A stretch of DNA of 64,000 bases from an uncultured Paraprevotella sp. (GCA_944319925.1 CALUFQ010000009.1:1540-65539), one strand, 5' to 3'; shown: positions 9,758 through 19,915, numbered from the stretch's first letter. Notes: generated by a model not told the origin, from the letters alone. Program-made: numbers and translations.

Positions 9758-11352
9758 GAATCCTCATTCACTTTCCATTCCTCCACCGTGCCCGTGGCGG
9801 AAGAGAAGCTTACACCTATTTTATATAGCTGGCGGCTGTCCGCAGAGTAGGGGCGGGCGTAGCCTTTTTCCTCTATCTGCGCCAACGCCTCGTCCGCCGT
9901 GCCGTCCAGCTTGAACTCGAAAATGTAGATGTAGTCCGGTGTCTCCACGATGCAGTCCACGCGGCCTTGGCTCTGTGCCTTCTCAGTATAGACGGTATAG
10001 ACGCTGACGAGTCGGAAAATGAGGTAGAAGGTGTAGTGGAAGTACCGCTCGCGTTCTCGTTCGTCTTCCTTGCGCCGCATGGTGTAGGGGATGCTGGAAA
10101 GGAAAGACGTGAACAGCTCGCGCAGACGGTCTAGTTCACCTTTGCGCATGGCCAACACCGTGTCGCGGATCCAACCGTCCAGGCTTTCCTTGGGGTTCAG
10201 ATAATTCGAAGCGACTAGCGACACGAATCCGTTCTTCACTTCGTTGTTCGGGAAGTCCAGCAGGAACGTGCCGAAATCCAAGTCATAGTCCTTGATGGTG
10301 AGATACCCGCTTTGGTAAATCATCGGGAGTGGGCGTTCCATGTCGGCCTTGTAGTCCACGAACTCCCTGGGGTCGTAATAGCGTCCCGTCAGCTCGTCCA
10401 GGTCTTCCTGCGTGTGGTTCAGCAGCCGTACCAGGTAGGTCGGCGTGCCGCTGGCAAACCAGTAGTCGCGCAGTTCCTTCATGGAGAAAGCGTTCAGCAG
10501 GCTGAACGGGTTATACACGTCCGTCAGGTTTCCGCTGAAATGGTAACCATCGTAGCGGCGTTTCAGCATTTCCAGCATCCCGTCCGGCGTGGTGCGGTAC
10601 TTCTTTGCCAGCGCGGCGATGGGCTCCGGGAAATATTGTTCCAGTTCCTCCTGTGTGATGCCGCACAGCGTCTCGTAGTCTTCCGACATGCTGATGTCCG
10701 CAGGCTGGTTGAACCCGCTGAACACGCTGACCTGCGAGAATTTCGTCACCCCGGTCAGCAGCACGAACTGCAGGTCGTCGTCCGCCGCCTTGAACACGGA
10801 ATAGAATCCTTTCAGGATTTCGCGGTGCCAATCCTCCAGGGGCATGTCCTGTTCACCCACCTTCACTTTCAGTCCCGTGTCAAGCACGTCGAGTATGGGC
10901 TTGTCGTATTCGTCAATCAACACCACACAACGGCGGTCATGGCGTTTGCGGGCCTGTGACAGCACGTAGGCGAAACGGTCGCCCACGGTGGCCGCCAGCG
11001 GGCTTTTGCCATAAACGGTTTCCCAAGAGGCGATATGATATTCTATTTTCTTCTCCAGGGTTCCTGGCTGGGTGAAGTTGTCCCCGTTGAAGTCGATGTG
11101 GAATACCGGATACTCCGCCCATTCCGTCTCCAGCCTTTCCATGGCCAATCCCTTGAACAGGTCTTTCTTTCCCTCGAAATAGCATTTGAGGGTGGACACC
11201 AGCAGGCTCTTCCCGAAACGTCGGGGGCGGCTTAGGAAATAAATCTTCCCATTTTTGACCAGGCGGTGTATCAGTTCGGTTTTGTCCACATACACGTAAC
11301 CGTCCTCTCTCAAGTGGCTGAAACTTTGGATGCCTATCGGGAACTTCATCAT
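9724..11352 (-). CDS. AAA-ATPase-like domain fused to a PD-(D/E)XK nuclease domain (PF09820 + PDDEXK_9/DUF1703 architecture)
   Basis: Starts MMKFPIGIQSFSHLREDGYVYVDKTELI...FLSRPRRFGKSL (P-loop). C-terminus GRVDCIVETPDYIYIFEFKLDG...ALAQIEEKGYARPY. Start trimmed from 11661 to 11352, removing a junk leader. The 3' end overlaps the GT2 gene convergently. Confidence 0.8.
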   Translation of the reverse strand: MMKFPIGIQSFSHLREDGYVYVDKTELIHRLVKNGKIYFLSRPRRFGKSLLVSTLKCYFEGKKDLFKGLAMERLETEWAEYPVFHIDFNGDNFTQPGTLEKKIEYHIASWETVYGKSPLAATVGDRFAYVLSQARKRHDRRCVVLIDEYDKPILDVLDTGLKVKVGEQDMPLEDWHREILKGFYSVFKAADDDLQFVLLTGVTKFSQVSVFSGFNQPADISMSEDYETLCGITQEELEQYFPEPIAALAKKYRTTPDGMLEMLKRRYDGYHFSGNLTDVYNPFSLLNAFSMKELRDYWFASGTPTYLVRLLNHTQEDLDELTGRYYDPREFVDYKADMERPLPMIYQSGYLTIKDYDLDFGTFLLDFPNNEVKNGFVSLVASNYLNPKESLDGWIRDTVLAMRKGELDRLRELFTSFLSSIPYTMRRKEDERERERYFHYTFYLIFRLVSVYTVYTEKAQSQGRVDCIVETPDYIYIFEFKLDGTADEALAQIEEKGYARPYSADSRQLYKIGVSFSSATGTVEEWKVNEDSQSIPASSATK

Positions 11353-11954
11353 GGCTTGTCGTTTTTGTGGATACAAAGAAACGATTTTATTTCGAAATAG
11401 GCAAGTCTTTACACGTTTTCCAAGGTTGTGGGAAGTTTGCGCTTCTGTCACACACCATCGGTTGCCGCAGTGCGAGTCTTTCTCTCTTCTCGCGTTCCTG
11501 TCGGGGCTTGCCTGTTTTTTTCTCAGCCTAGGCCACACGGCTGTCTCCGGCGGGAAGGTTTGGCGGCCTGTAAAAAAAGAAAATCCTTTGCCCGGAAAAA
11601 GCGGATGCGTCGCCGGGAAACTTCCTTTTTTCTTTCGAAATTTTATAGCCCACATTGGCAAATGTACAGCCCACGACGGAGAATATACAGCTCACGACGT
11701 GGGCTTGACTTTTCTTGCGCACAAAAACAACTTTGTTTCCCCATGCGCCCCGTTTTTTGCCTCGCTATGGAATTTGTCCGTTGATGTCCTGAGCGCGATT
11801 CGCCTTTTCTAAAATCAATGAACGTCCGAAACCTGTATTGTGTGCCTATTCGTTTTTTTATGAATTGGTCTCATTGCGGACATTTCATTGTATGTTAAAT
11901 CTTCTGTTCCCATTTATGTGGATACATTGGGCGTGTTTATTTGCAATAATAGAG

Positions 11955-12173
11955 GTTTACAACCAAAAGATTATCCCCGTGTTCTTGACCATGTTCTCCA
12001 CCGTGTTGGGGCTGGTGCCGTTCTTGATTGACGGGTCGGAGGACGAAGCTTTTTGGTTCTCTTTTGCCATCGGCAATTCCGGCGGGTTGTTGTTTTCCAT
12101 CCTGGCCTTGATTTTCGTCATGCCCATTTTCATGCCCTTGAAACAACAGGTAAAGAAAAAGGCGGTTTTATAG
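11955..12173 (+). pseudogene. C-terminal remnant of an RND (AcrB/CzcA-type) efflux permease
   Basis: Only the last roughly 70 codons look RND-like (YNQKIIPVFLTMFSTVLGLVPFLIDGSEDEAFWFSFAIGNSGGLLFSILALIFVMPIF). No upstream remainder is present. The left boundary is approximate. Confidence 0.55.
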
Positions 12174-12229
12174 GCGATTCTTTTGTTTCCAGATTGATTC
12201 TTATTACATTTGTATTCTAATTAGGGAAC

Positions 12230-12484
12230 ATGAAGGAACAAGAGATGAAAGGAACCATTTCTTTGGACAGCTTGTGGCAGACGATACAATCGCTTTCGCT
12301 TAGCAACCGGAAGTGGCTGGCCAATAAGTTGCAGGAAGACATTCGTGAGAGCGAGGAGGAACGAGAATATATCAGCAAGGAGAAAATCCTTGCGGGGATA
12401 GATGCGGGGTTGAAGGATTTGAAAGCGGGAAGAAAGAGGCCAATAGAGGAATTGATTAAGGAATTGGAACGCGATGCGATATAG
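12230..12484 (+). CDS. Putative type II antitoxin
   Basis: 84 aa, acidic and helical. Overlaps the downstream RelE/ParE-like toxin ORF by 11 nt, the classic toxin-antitoxin arrangement. Confidence 0.5.
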   Translation: MKEQEMKGTISLDSLWQTIQSLSLSNRKWLANKLQEDIRESEEEREYISKEKILAGIDAGLKDLKAGRKRPIEELIKELERDAI

Positions 12485-12743
12485 GATAGAATCTTTGGCC
12501 ACATTTGACAGGGAAGTCAAACGGTTGGGTAAACGTTATCTTTCGATTGTGAAAGACATTATAAAGTTGCGTGAGGAGCTCTTGGAAAATCCTTTCTTTG
12601 GCACAGATTTGGGCGGTGGATTGCGGAAAATCCGTATGCGTATTGCTTCGAAAGTGAAAGTCAAGAGCGGTGGGGCAAGGGTGATTACGTTTACAGTATT
12701 GGCAGCAGTTGACGAAACAGAGATAGATTCTTTATATTTATGA
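12474..12743 (+). CDS. RelE/ParE-superfamily toxin (HigB/Gp49-like), apparently frameshifted near the 3' end
   Basis: Contains MRYRIESLATFDREVKRLGKRY...GLRKIRMRIASK..KSGGARVITF. The expected C-terminus ILYIYDKAERESVSADEILELLKRKGLK reads in the +1 frame from 12727 to 12813. Confidence 0.7.
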   Translation: MRYRIESLATFDREVKRLGKRYLSIVKDIIKLREELLENPFFGTDLGGGLRKIRMRIASKVKVKSGGARVITFTVLAAVDETEIDSLYL

Positions 12744-12826
12744 CAAGGCGGAGCGGGAGAGTGTTTCTGCGGATGAGATTTTGGAACTGTTGAAACGGAA
12801 AGGTTTAAAATGATTTTATCTGTGTT

Positions 12827-13582
12827 ATGAAAGCGATGGTATTTGCGGCGGGACTGGGCACCCGCCTGAAGCCTTTGACGGACACGATGCCCAAGGCATT
12901 GGTGCCGGTGGACGGGACACCGTTGTTGGAAATATTGATACGCAAACTGGTGGCCGCAGGTTTCACGGACATGGTTGTCAACGTCCACCATTTTGCAGAC
13001 CAGATTGTGCAGTTTGTGGAAGCCCATGACGGACTGGGAGCAACTGTGCGGTTCAGCGACGAGCGCGAATGCCTGTTGGATACGGGCGGGGGCATCAAGC
13101 ATGCCGTTCCTCTTTTGTCGGCAGGCAATGTGGACGGGGCACCTTTCTTGATTCACAATGTAGATATTCTGAGTAATGTGGATTTGGCGGATTTTTACCG
13201 ACGTGGGAGGGATGTGGCAGCATTGTTGCTGGTGAGCGAGCGGCAGACGCAGCGTTATTTGTTGTTTGACGAGGAGAACCGCCTAGTGGGGTGGACGAAC
13301 GTGAAGACGGGGGAGGTGAAGTCGCCTTATCCGAATCTTGACGTGGCTGCTTGCCGCAAGTTTGCTTTCGCGGGCATCCACACGTTTTCGCCCCGTTTGT
13401 TCGCTTATTTCAACCGTTGGCCGGAAAAGTTCTCCATCATTGATTTCTATCTGTCCGTATGCGACCGGGAAGACATCCGTGCCTGCCCGCTTCCGGGTTT
13501 GAAGATATTGGACGTGGGGAAACCGGATGCTTTGACGCGGGCGGGGGAGTTTTTGGCGCATGGGTGTTGCCAGTCACGATAA
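12827..13582 (+). CDS. Sugar-phosphate nucleotidyltransferase (MurU/GMPP-like)
   Basis: N-terminus [28 protein letters not shown] (GxGxR motif). Confidence 0.8.
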   Translation: MKAMVFAAGLGTRLKPLTDTMPKALVPVDGTPLLEILIRKLVAAGFTDMVVNVHHFADQIVQFVEAHDGLGATVRFSDERECLLDTGGGIKHAVPLLSAGNVDGAPFLIHNVDILSNVDLADFYRRGRDVAALLLVSERQTQRYLLFDEENRLVGWTNVKTGEVKSPYPNLDVAACRKFAFAGIHTFSPRLFAYFNRWPEKFSIIDFYLSVCDREDIRACPLPGLKILDVGKPDALTRAGEFLAHGCCQSR

Positions 13583-13589
13583 AATGTTG

Positions 13590-13597
13590 TATTTTTG
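13590..13597 (+). promoter_or_regulatory. Putative -7 box (TATTTTTG) for guaA
   Basis: TAnnTTTG 30 nt upstream of ATG 13627. Confidence 0.45.
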
Positions 13598-13626
13598 CGC
13601 TCATAATCAGAATCAGTAATCTTTTT

Positions 13627-15150
13627 ATGCAACAGAAAATCATCATTCTCGATTTCGGTTCGCAGACCACGCAGCTCATTGGGCGGCGGGTGCGCGAGCT
13701 GGACACGTTCTGCGAGATATTGCCTTACAACAAGTTCCCGAAAGATGACCCGGACGTAATCGGCGTGATTCTGAGCGGGTCGCCTTTCAGCGTGTATGAT
13801 CAGGAAGCTTTCAAAATCAGCTTGGACGAGATTCGCGGGAAATACCCCGTGCTGGGCATCTGCTACGGGGCGCAATACATGAGTTATGTGTTGGGTGGCG
13901 CGGTGGAATCGGCGGGTACACGCGAATATGGGCGAGCCAACCTGACATGGTTTGACAAGGAAAACCCCCTTTTCAAGGGTTTCGAAGACAATTCCCAAGT
14001 GTGGATGAGCCATGGTGACACCATCACACGTTTGCCGGAAGGCTTCAAGGTGATTGCTTCGACCGAAAAGGTGCAGAACGCAGCTTACCAGGCCGAGGGG
14101 GAGAAGCTATGGGGAGTGCAGTTCCATCCGGAGGTGTTCCATTCCGTGCAGGGCACGTTGTTGCTGAAGAACTTCGTGGTGGACATTTGCGGCAGCAGCC
14201 AAAGCTGGAGCGCGGCTTCGTTTGTGGACTCCACGGTGGCCGAGCTGAAAGCGCAGTTGGGCGATGACCGTGTCATCCTCGGATTGAGCGGCGGCGTGGA
14301 CTCTTCGGTGGCCGCCGTGTTGCTGAACCGTGCCATCGGAAATCGGTTGACGTGTATCTTCGTGGATCACGGCATGTTGCGCAAGAACGAGTTCAAGAAC
14401 GTGTTGCACGACTACGAATGTCTGGGGCTGAATGTCATCGGCGTGGATGCCAGCGAGAAGTTCTTCAAGGACTTGGAGGGCGTGACCGACCCCGAGCAGA
14501 AGCGTAAGATTATCGGTCGCGATTTCGTGGAAGTGTTTGATGCCGAGGCGCGGAAAATCACCGATGCCAAGTGGTTGGCACAGGGCACTATCTATCCCGA
14601 CCGCATCGAGAGCCTGAACATTACGGGCAAGACCATTAAGAGCCACCACAACGTGGGTGGGTTGCCCAAGGAAATGAATTTGCAGCTTTGCGAGCCGCTG
14701 AAGTGGCTGTTCAAGGACGAGGTGCGCCGCGTAGGCCGCCAGTTGGGCATGCCGGAACATTTGATTACGCGTCATCCTTTCCCCGGGCCGGGGTTGGCCG
14801 TGCGTATCTTGGGCGACATCACGCGGGAGAAAGTGCGTGTGTTGCAGGATGCCGACGACATTTTCATCCAAGGGCTGCGCGACTGGGGGCTTTACGACCA
14901 GGTTTGGCAGGCCGGTGTCATCCTGTTGCCGGTAAAGAGCGTGGGCGTGATGGGCGACGAGCGCACCTACGAACGCGCTGTGGCCTTGCGTGCCGTGACC
15001 AGCACGGATGCCATGACGGCCGACTGGGCGCATCTGCCCTACGATTTCATGGCCAAGGTGAGCAATGACATTATTAATAAGGTGAAAGGGGTGAACCGCG
15101 TATGCTACGACATCTCTTCCAAGCCGCCTTCGACCATCGAGTGGGAGTGA
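13627..15150 (+). CDS. guaA: GMP synthase (glutamine-hydrolysing)
   Basis: Contains [24 protein letters not shown]..., SGGVDSSV, and C-terminus PPSTIEWE. Start trimmed from 13459. Confidence 0.95.
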   Translation: MQQKIIILDFGSQTTQLIGRRVRELDTFCEILPYNKFPKDDPDVIGVILSGSPFSVYDQEAFKISLDEIRGKYPVLGICYGAQYMSYVLGGAVESAGTREYGRANLTWFDKENPLFKGFEDNSQVWMSHGDTITRLPEGFKVIASTEKVQNAAYQAEGEKLWGVQFHPEVFHSVQGTLLLKNFVVDICGSSQSWSAASFVDSTVAELKAQLGDDRVILGLSGGVDSSVAAVLLNRAIGNRLTCIFVDHGMLRKNEFKNVLHDYECLGLNVIGVDASEKFFKDLEGVTDPEQKRKIIGRDFVEVFDAEARKITDAKWLAQGTIYPDRIESLNITGKTIKSHHNVGGLPKEMNLQLCEPLKWLFKDEVRRVGRQLGMPEHLITRHPFPGPGLAVRILGDITREKVRVLQDADDIFIQGLRDWGLYDQVWQAGVILLPVKSVGVMGDERTYERAVALRAVTSTDAMTADWAHLPYDFMAKVSNDIINKVKGVNRVCYDISSKPPSTIEWE

Positions 15151-15190
15151 CGTTTTTTCTATAATTGATAGATATAAATGAGGTATGTGA

Positions 15191-15240
15191 AAATCAGCGG
15201 CTTGGGTGATTCCTTTGCAAGTCGCTGATTTCTCATTTGT
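15191..15240 (+). terminator. Stem-loop downstream of guaA (possible terminator)
   Basis: AAATCAGCG...(23-nt loop)...CGCTGATTT, then a T-rich CTCATTTGT tail. The loop is large, so the call is weak. Confidence 0.4.
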
Positions 15241-15250
15241 GCGGTGTCGT

Positions 15251-15553
15251 ATGTGGAAAATATTATTGGCTGTATTCTTGGGTGGCGGTATCGGGAGCGT
15301 AATGCGTTACGCGGTGCAGTGTGTCCTGCATCGCCTGATCGTGCCGTTTCTCTTTCCGTGGGCCACGTTTGGGGTCAATGTCTTAGGTAGTTTCCTTATC
15401 GGCTTGTTTTATGTGTGGGCGGCGCGTTTCAATTTGCCCGAAACGACGCGGTTGTTACTTACGACGGGGTTGAGCAGAGTCAGCCGGCGAGTGCGACATT
15501 ACGAAATAAGTAAGTGTTCAAAATTGAAAGATAATTTATCGCGCCTCCTGTAA
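15251..15553 (+). pseudogene. crcB: Truncated fluoride channel CrcB/FluC
   Basis: MWKILLAVFLGGGIGSVMRYAV...FPWATFGVNVLGSFLIGLF...LLLTTGL is CrcB-like up to about 15472. The expected CGGFTTFSTF half is absent in all frames. The reading frame instead runs into unrelated sequence (SRVSRRVRHYEISK...). Confidence 0.6.
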
Positions 15554-15633
15554 ATTCCCGTTTATAGTATAAACTAAATAGGATTGGTTACTTAAAAACA
15601 AACAGTTTGTTTTGTATTGCTCTTGGCTTGCAT

Positions 15634-15641
15634 TATCTTTG
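15634..15641 (+). promoter_or_regulatory. Putative -7 box (TATCTTTG) for the Wzi-lipocalin pair
   Basis: TAnnTTTG with TTTG repeats about 20 nt upstream (15606-15614). Confidence 0.45.
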
Positions 15642-15700
15642 CATACGAATTGGAAAGAGAATGATGGCGGCTAGCAATCATTCGGATAAAACGAATACGA

Positions 15701-17203
15701 ATGAATAAATTTGGGACGAATGTTTTATGCCTTTTCCTGGGCGGGGCTTCTTGCGGATTGGCGCAGACGGATACGTTGCTGACCTACCGGGTGGAGGCTT
15801 CGGCCAATGCCAGTTCGGGCAGTTATGCGCCGTTGTGGTTCACGGCCAACCGGAACGGGCTTTCGAGCCAGGAGCCGAACAGCGGATATTTGCGGGCGGG
15901 GTTGGCTTACCGGCAGGCTTTCAACCGCGGATGGAAAATCGGGGCGGGACTGGACTTGGCCGGGGCGGTCAACAGCCCGTCGGGCTTCATCGTGCAACAG
16001 GCTTACGCTGACATCTCATGGCGGGTGCTGAACCTGAGCATCGGCAGCAAGGAGCGCGCGCCGTTGGGGAAAAACCCTTTGCTGAGCAGCGGGGGGATGG
16101 TGGAAGGCAACAACGCGCGCCCCGTGCCGCAAGTGCGAGCTGAGATTGCCGACTACTATACGGTGCCGGGCACGAGGGGCTGGTTCGCTTTTAAGGGGTA
16201 CGTCGCTTACGGGCGCTTTACGGATGACCGCTGGCAGCGTGATTTCGCGCGTCCTTTCCAGCAGGCGTATGTGCAGAAGGTGTTGTATCATAGCAAGGCC
16301 TTGATGTTGAAGGTGGGCAACAAGGAACGGTTCCCGCTGGAGGCGGAAGCGGGGATGATGATGTCTGCCCAATTCGGAGGCGAGCGGCACGATTTTGACA
16401 GTGACGGGACGGAAGAGGTTGAGTGCATGCCGCATGGTTTGAAGAACTTCGGCAAGGTGTTTTTTGCCAAGTCGGGCGGTGCGGACACGCCGGGAGGCGA
16501 CCAGGTGAACGTGGAAGGCAATCACGTGGGGAGCTGGGACTTTGCCTTGAATTATTATTGGCGCGACTGGAAGTTCCGCGTGTATTATGAGCATTTCTTC
16601 GACGACCATTCGCAGATGTTCTTTGAATACGGTCGTTGGAAAGACGGGCATCTGGGCATCGAGGTGACTTTGCCCAAGAACAGGTGGGTGAGCACACTGC
16701 TGTGGGAGGGACTGGCCACGAAAGACCAGTCGGGGCCTATCCTGTATGACGGGGACGACCGATTTGAAGGGGCGGCGTTCCAAGGCACGCAAATCAGTGC
16801 GAAGGACGACTATTATAATAATTTCTTTTATCAGTCGTGGCAACATTATGGACTGGGGATGGGCAACCCGTTGCTTCCCGGCCCTATATATAATAAGGAA
16901 AGAAACCTGAAGTTCCGAAGCAACCGTGTGCGGGCCAACCATTGGGCTTTCTGCGGGACACCTTCGGATGAATGGGGTTACCGGGTGCTGATGTCTTATG
17001 CGCTCCATTGGGGGACATACAGCAATCCTTTGGACAAAATCTGCAAACAGTTCAGTTCGCTTTACGAGGTGACTTATTCGCCCCGTAAATGGGACGGATG
17101 GCATTTTTCATTGTCGGCGGCGGTGGACCATGGCGATTACCTTGGAAACAGCTGCGGCGGAATGATTACGGTTAGGAAGGAGGGGATATGTATAAAGAAA
17201 TGA
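15701..17203 (+). CDS. Capsule assembly Wzi family outer-membrane protein
   Basis: 500 aa with signal peptide. Contains YRVEASANASSGSYAPLWFTANRNGLSSQEPNSGYLRAGL, typical of Wzi-family (PF14052) proteins. Confidence 0.8.
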   Translation: MNKFGTNVLCLFLGGASCGLAQTDTLLTYRVEASANASSGSYAPLWFTANRNGLSSQEPNSGYLRAGLAYRQAFNRGWKIGAGLDLAGAVNSPSGFIVQQAYADISWRVLNLSIGSKERAPLGKNPLLSSGGMVEGNNARPVPQVRAEIADYYTVPGTRGWFAFKGYVAYGRFTDDRWQRDFARPFQQAYVQKVLYHSKALMLKVGNKERFPLEAEAGMMMSAQFGGERHDFDSDGTEEVECMPHGLKNFGKVFFAKSGGADTPGGDQVNVEGNHVGSWDFALNYYWRDWKFRVYYEHFFDDHSQMFFEYGRWKDGHLGIEVTLPKNRWVSTLLWEGLATKDQSGPILYDGDDRFEGAAFQGTQISAKDDYYNNFFYQSWQHYGLGMGNPLLPGPIYNKERNLKFRSNRVRANHWAFCGTPSDEWGYRVLMSYALHWGTYSNPLDKICKQFSSLYEVTYSPRKWDGWHFSLSAAVDHGDYLGNSCGGMITVRKEGICIKK

Positions 17204-17637
17204 GAAAATCCTTGGGCTTGCTTGTTGTGGTGCTAGGCATACTCGCATGTTGGACTTCTTGCACGGGAAAAGCACCTGAATATCCTGACCTGGAGGGATT
17301 TTGGAAAGAAGAGAAGGTGGTGGACGGCTCCACTGGCGAAAGCCGGGAATGCCACCGCTTGTTTTGGGCCTTGCAGCTTGGCGTGTCAGAAGTAAATGAT
17401 TTGGGCGGCAATGGCTTTGGCTCCTATCTTTGCCGGTATGTGTATGACGAGGGTGCGTCCACGTTGCGGATGTATGATTTCAGGACGAAGGGAAGCCAGT
17501 CTGAAGTGGCGGATATTGCCAAGTTGGGGGAATTTGGCATCCCGTCGGATGACGTGACTTTCGAAGTGGTGCGGCTCGACGGCGACAGGCTGGTGCTCCG
17601 CGCAGGAGACACGACGTTGTATTTCCGTGCCTTTTGA
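17188..17637 (+). CDS. Lipocalin-like domain lipoprotein
   Basis: 149 aa with lipobox ILACWTSCTG and LEGFWKEEKV. Overlaps the Wzi stop by 16 nt. Confidence 0.55.
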   Translation: MYKEMRKSLGLLVVVLGILACWTSCTGKAPEYPDLEGFWKEEKVVDGSTGESRECHRLFWALQLGVSEVNDLGGNGFGSYLCRYVYDEGASTLRMYDFRTKGSQSEVADIAKLGEFGIPSDDVTFEVVRLDGDRLVLRAGDTTLYFRAF

Positions 17638-17743
17638 CCTGCTTTTCCCGCGGGGCGGCGGCTTTCCTTCGGCCACGGAATCAGATTTGCGGAAGATTTG
17701 TTTTTTTTCATGGTTTCTTATGCCATAATCCAAAAGAATTTTA

Positions 17744-17751
17744 TAAATTTG
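17744..17751 (+). promoter_or_regulatory. Putative -7 box (TAAATTTG) for gap
   Basis: TAnnTTTG about 105 nt upstream of the ATG, implying a roughly 100-nt leader. Confidence 0.4.
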
Positions 17752-17843
17752 CAGTGCCGATTAGAAGGTTAAGGCATTGGCGGGAGAGCCGGTGCAATGA
17801 AAGTGGAGAGAGATAATAATTCATATTGAAACCTTTATTTTAA

Positions 17844-18866
<1,023 letters not shown>

Positions 18867-18891
18867 TTTCCGGTTCAGAAATAGAAATGCA

Positions 18892-18926
18892 GGCCATCCT
18901 CTTTCACGAGAGGGTGGCTTTTTTTG
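18892..18926 (+). terminator. Rho-independent terminator after gap
   Basis: Hairpin GCCATCCTCT-TTCACG-AGAGGGTGGC followed by T7. Confidence 0.75.
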
Positions 18927-18934
18927 TATCTTTG
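18927..18934 (+). promoter_or_regulatory. Putative -7 box (TATCTTTG) for miaA
   Basis: TAnnTTTG immediately after the gap terminator and 28 nt before the ATG. Confidence 0.45.
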
Positions 18935-18961
18935 CGCAGGAAATGGTAAAAACTACGCGAA

Positions 18962-19876
18962 ATGGGATATGACTTGATAACCATCCTTGGCCCAACGGCT
19001 TCGGGCAAAACCGCATTGGCGGCCAGGCTGGCACATGAGATGCACACGGAAGTCATCAGCGGGGACAGCCGGCAGGTATATCGGCGGATGGACTTGGGAA
19101 CAGGAAAGGACTTGGGGGATTACGTGGTGAACGGGTGCAGTGTGCCCTATCACTTGATTGATATTGTGGAGCCTGGCACGAAATATAATGTTTTTGAATA
19201 CCAGCGCGACTTCCTGAAAGTGTATGAGGAGTTGCACGGGAAAGGGCTGGTCCCGGTGCTTTGTGGGGGGACAGGGCTGTATTTGGAATCCGTGTTGCGT
19301 GGATACCGGCTGGTGCCTGTGCCGGAAAACGAAGCTTTGCGCGCGGCGTTGGCCGGAAAAAGCTTGGAGGAGTTGACAGGGATGTTGAAGTCGTACAAGC
19401 AGTTGCATAATACGACGGACGTGGACACGCCGAAGCGTGCCATACGTGCCATTGAGATTGAAGAATATTATCACAGTCATCCTGCAGAAGGGCGGGATTT
19501 TCCGTCCATCCATGCTTTGGTCGTGGGGATTGGCATAGACAGGGAGACGCGGCGGAGAAAAATCAGCGAACGGTTGAAGCAGCGGCTGGAAGAGGGTATG
19601 CTGGATGAAATCCGGGGCTTGTTGGCCGAAGGGATTCCTGCGGAGGACCTGATTTATTACGGTTTGGAATATAAATACCTGACGCAGTACGTGATTGGGG
19701 AATTGACGTATGACGAGATGTGCAAGAAGCTGGAAACGGCCATCCATCAGTTTGCCAAGCGGCAAATGACATGGTTCCGGGGAATGGAGCGCAGGGGTGT
19801 CCGGGTACATTGGCTGGATGCGTCAAGCCCGATGGAGGAGAAAATTTCCCAAATCGGGCGTTGGCTTTCATCGTGA
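18962..19876 (+). CDS. miaA: tRNA dimethylallyltransferase
   Basis: Contains ILGPTASGKTALA...ISGDSRQVYRRMDLGTGK...YAKRQMTWF-like FAKRQMTWF. Confidence 0.93.
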   Translation: MGYDLITILGPTASGKTALAARLAHEMHTEVISGDSRQVYRRMDLGTGKDLGDYVVNGCSVPYHLIDIVEPGTKYNVFEYQRDFLKVYEELHGKGLVPVLCGGTGLYLESVLRGYRLVPVPENEALRAALAGKSLEELTGMLKSYKQLHNTTDVDTPKRAIRAIEIEEYYHSHPAEGRDFPSIHALVVGIGIDRETRRRKISERLKQRLEEGMLDEIRGLLAEGIPAEDLIYYGLEYKYLTQYVIGELTYDEMCKKLETAIHQFAKRQMTWFRGMERRGVRVHWLDASSPMEEKISQIGRWLSS

Positions 19877-19915
19877 ATAATTGTAGGGGAAGTGTGGCAA
19901 ACAAATTTTTTTCCG

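Noticed and set aside
11353-11661. 5' extensions of tracked ORFs: 9724-11661, 13459-15150, 26597-28111, 31849-34857, 35069-36109, 38253-38933, 40837-41760, 60345-62447 and 62492-63082.
   Set aside because: In each case the family-typical N-terminus or signal peptide begins at an internal Met. The upstream part is compositionally junk, overlaps a neighbouring gene or contains a TAnnTTTG promoter box. The starts were trimmed accordingly.
11838-12173. The 111-aa ORF as an intact small membrane protein gene.
   Set aside because: Only its C-terminal two-thirds resembles anything, namely the extreme C-terminus of RND permeases. The N-terminal third is unrelated filler from the first available ATG. 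It is called a remnant instead.
15151-15250. A possible fluoride riboswitch upstream of the crcB remnant.
   Set aside because: The only structure seen is a simple 9-bp stem (AAATCAGCG/CGCTGATTT) with a large loop. I could not find the conserved fluoride-riboswitch elements (GGCGATG-type 5' arm, pseudoknot CCTAC-type 3' end). It is more likely the guaA terminator. A cmsearch with the Rfam crcB model would settle it.
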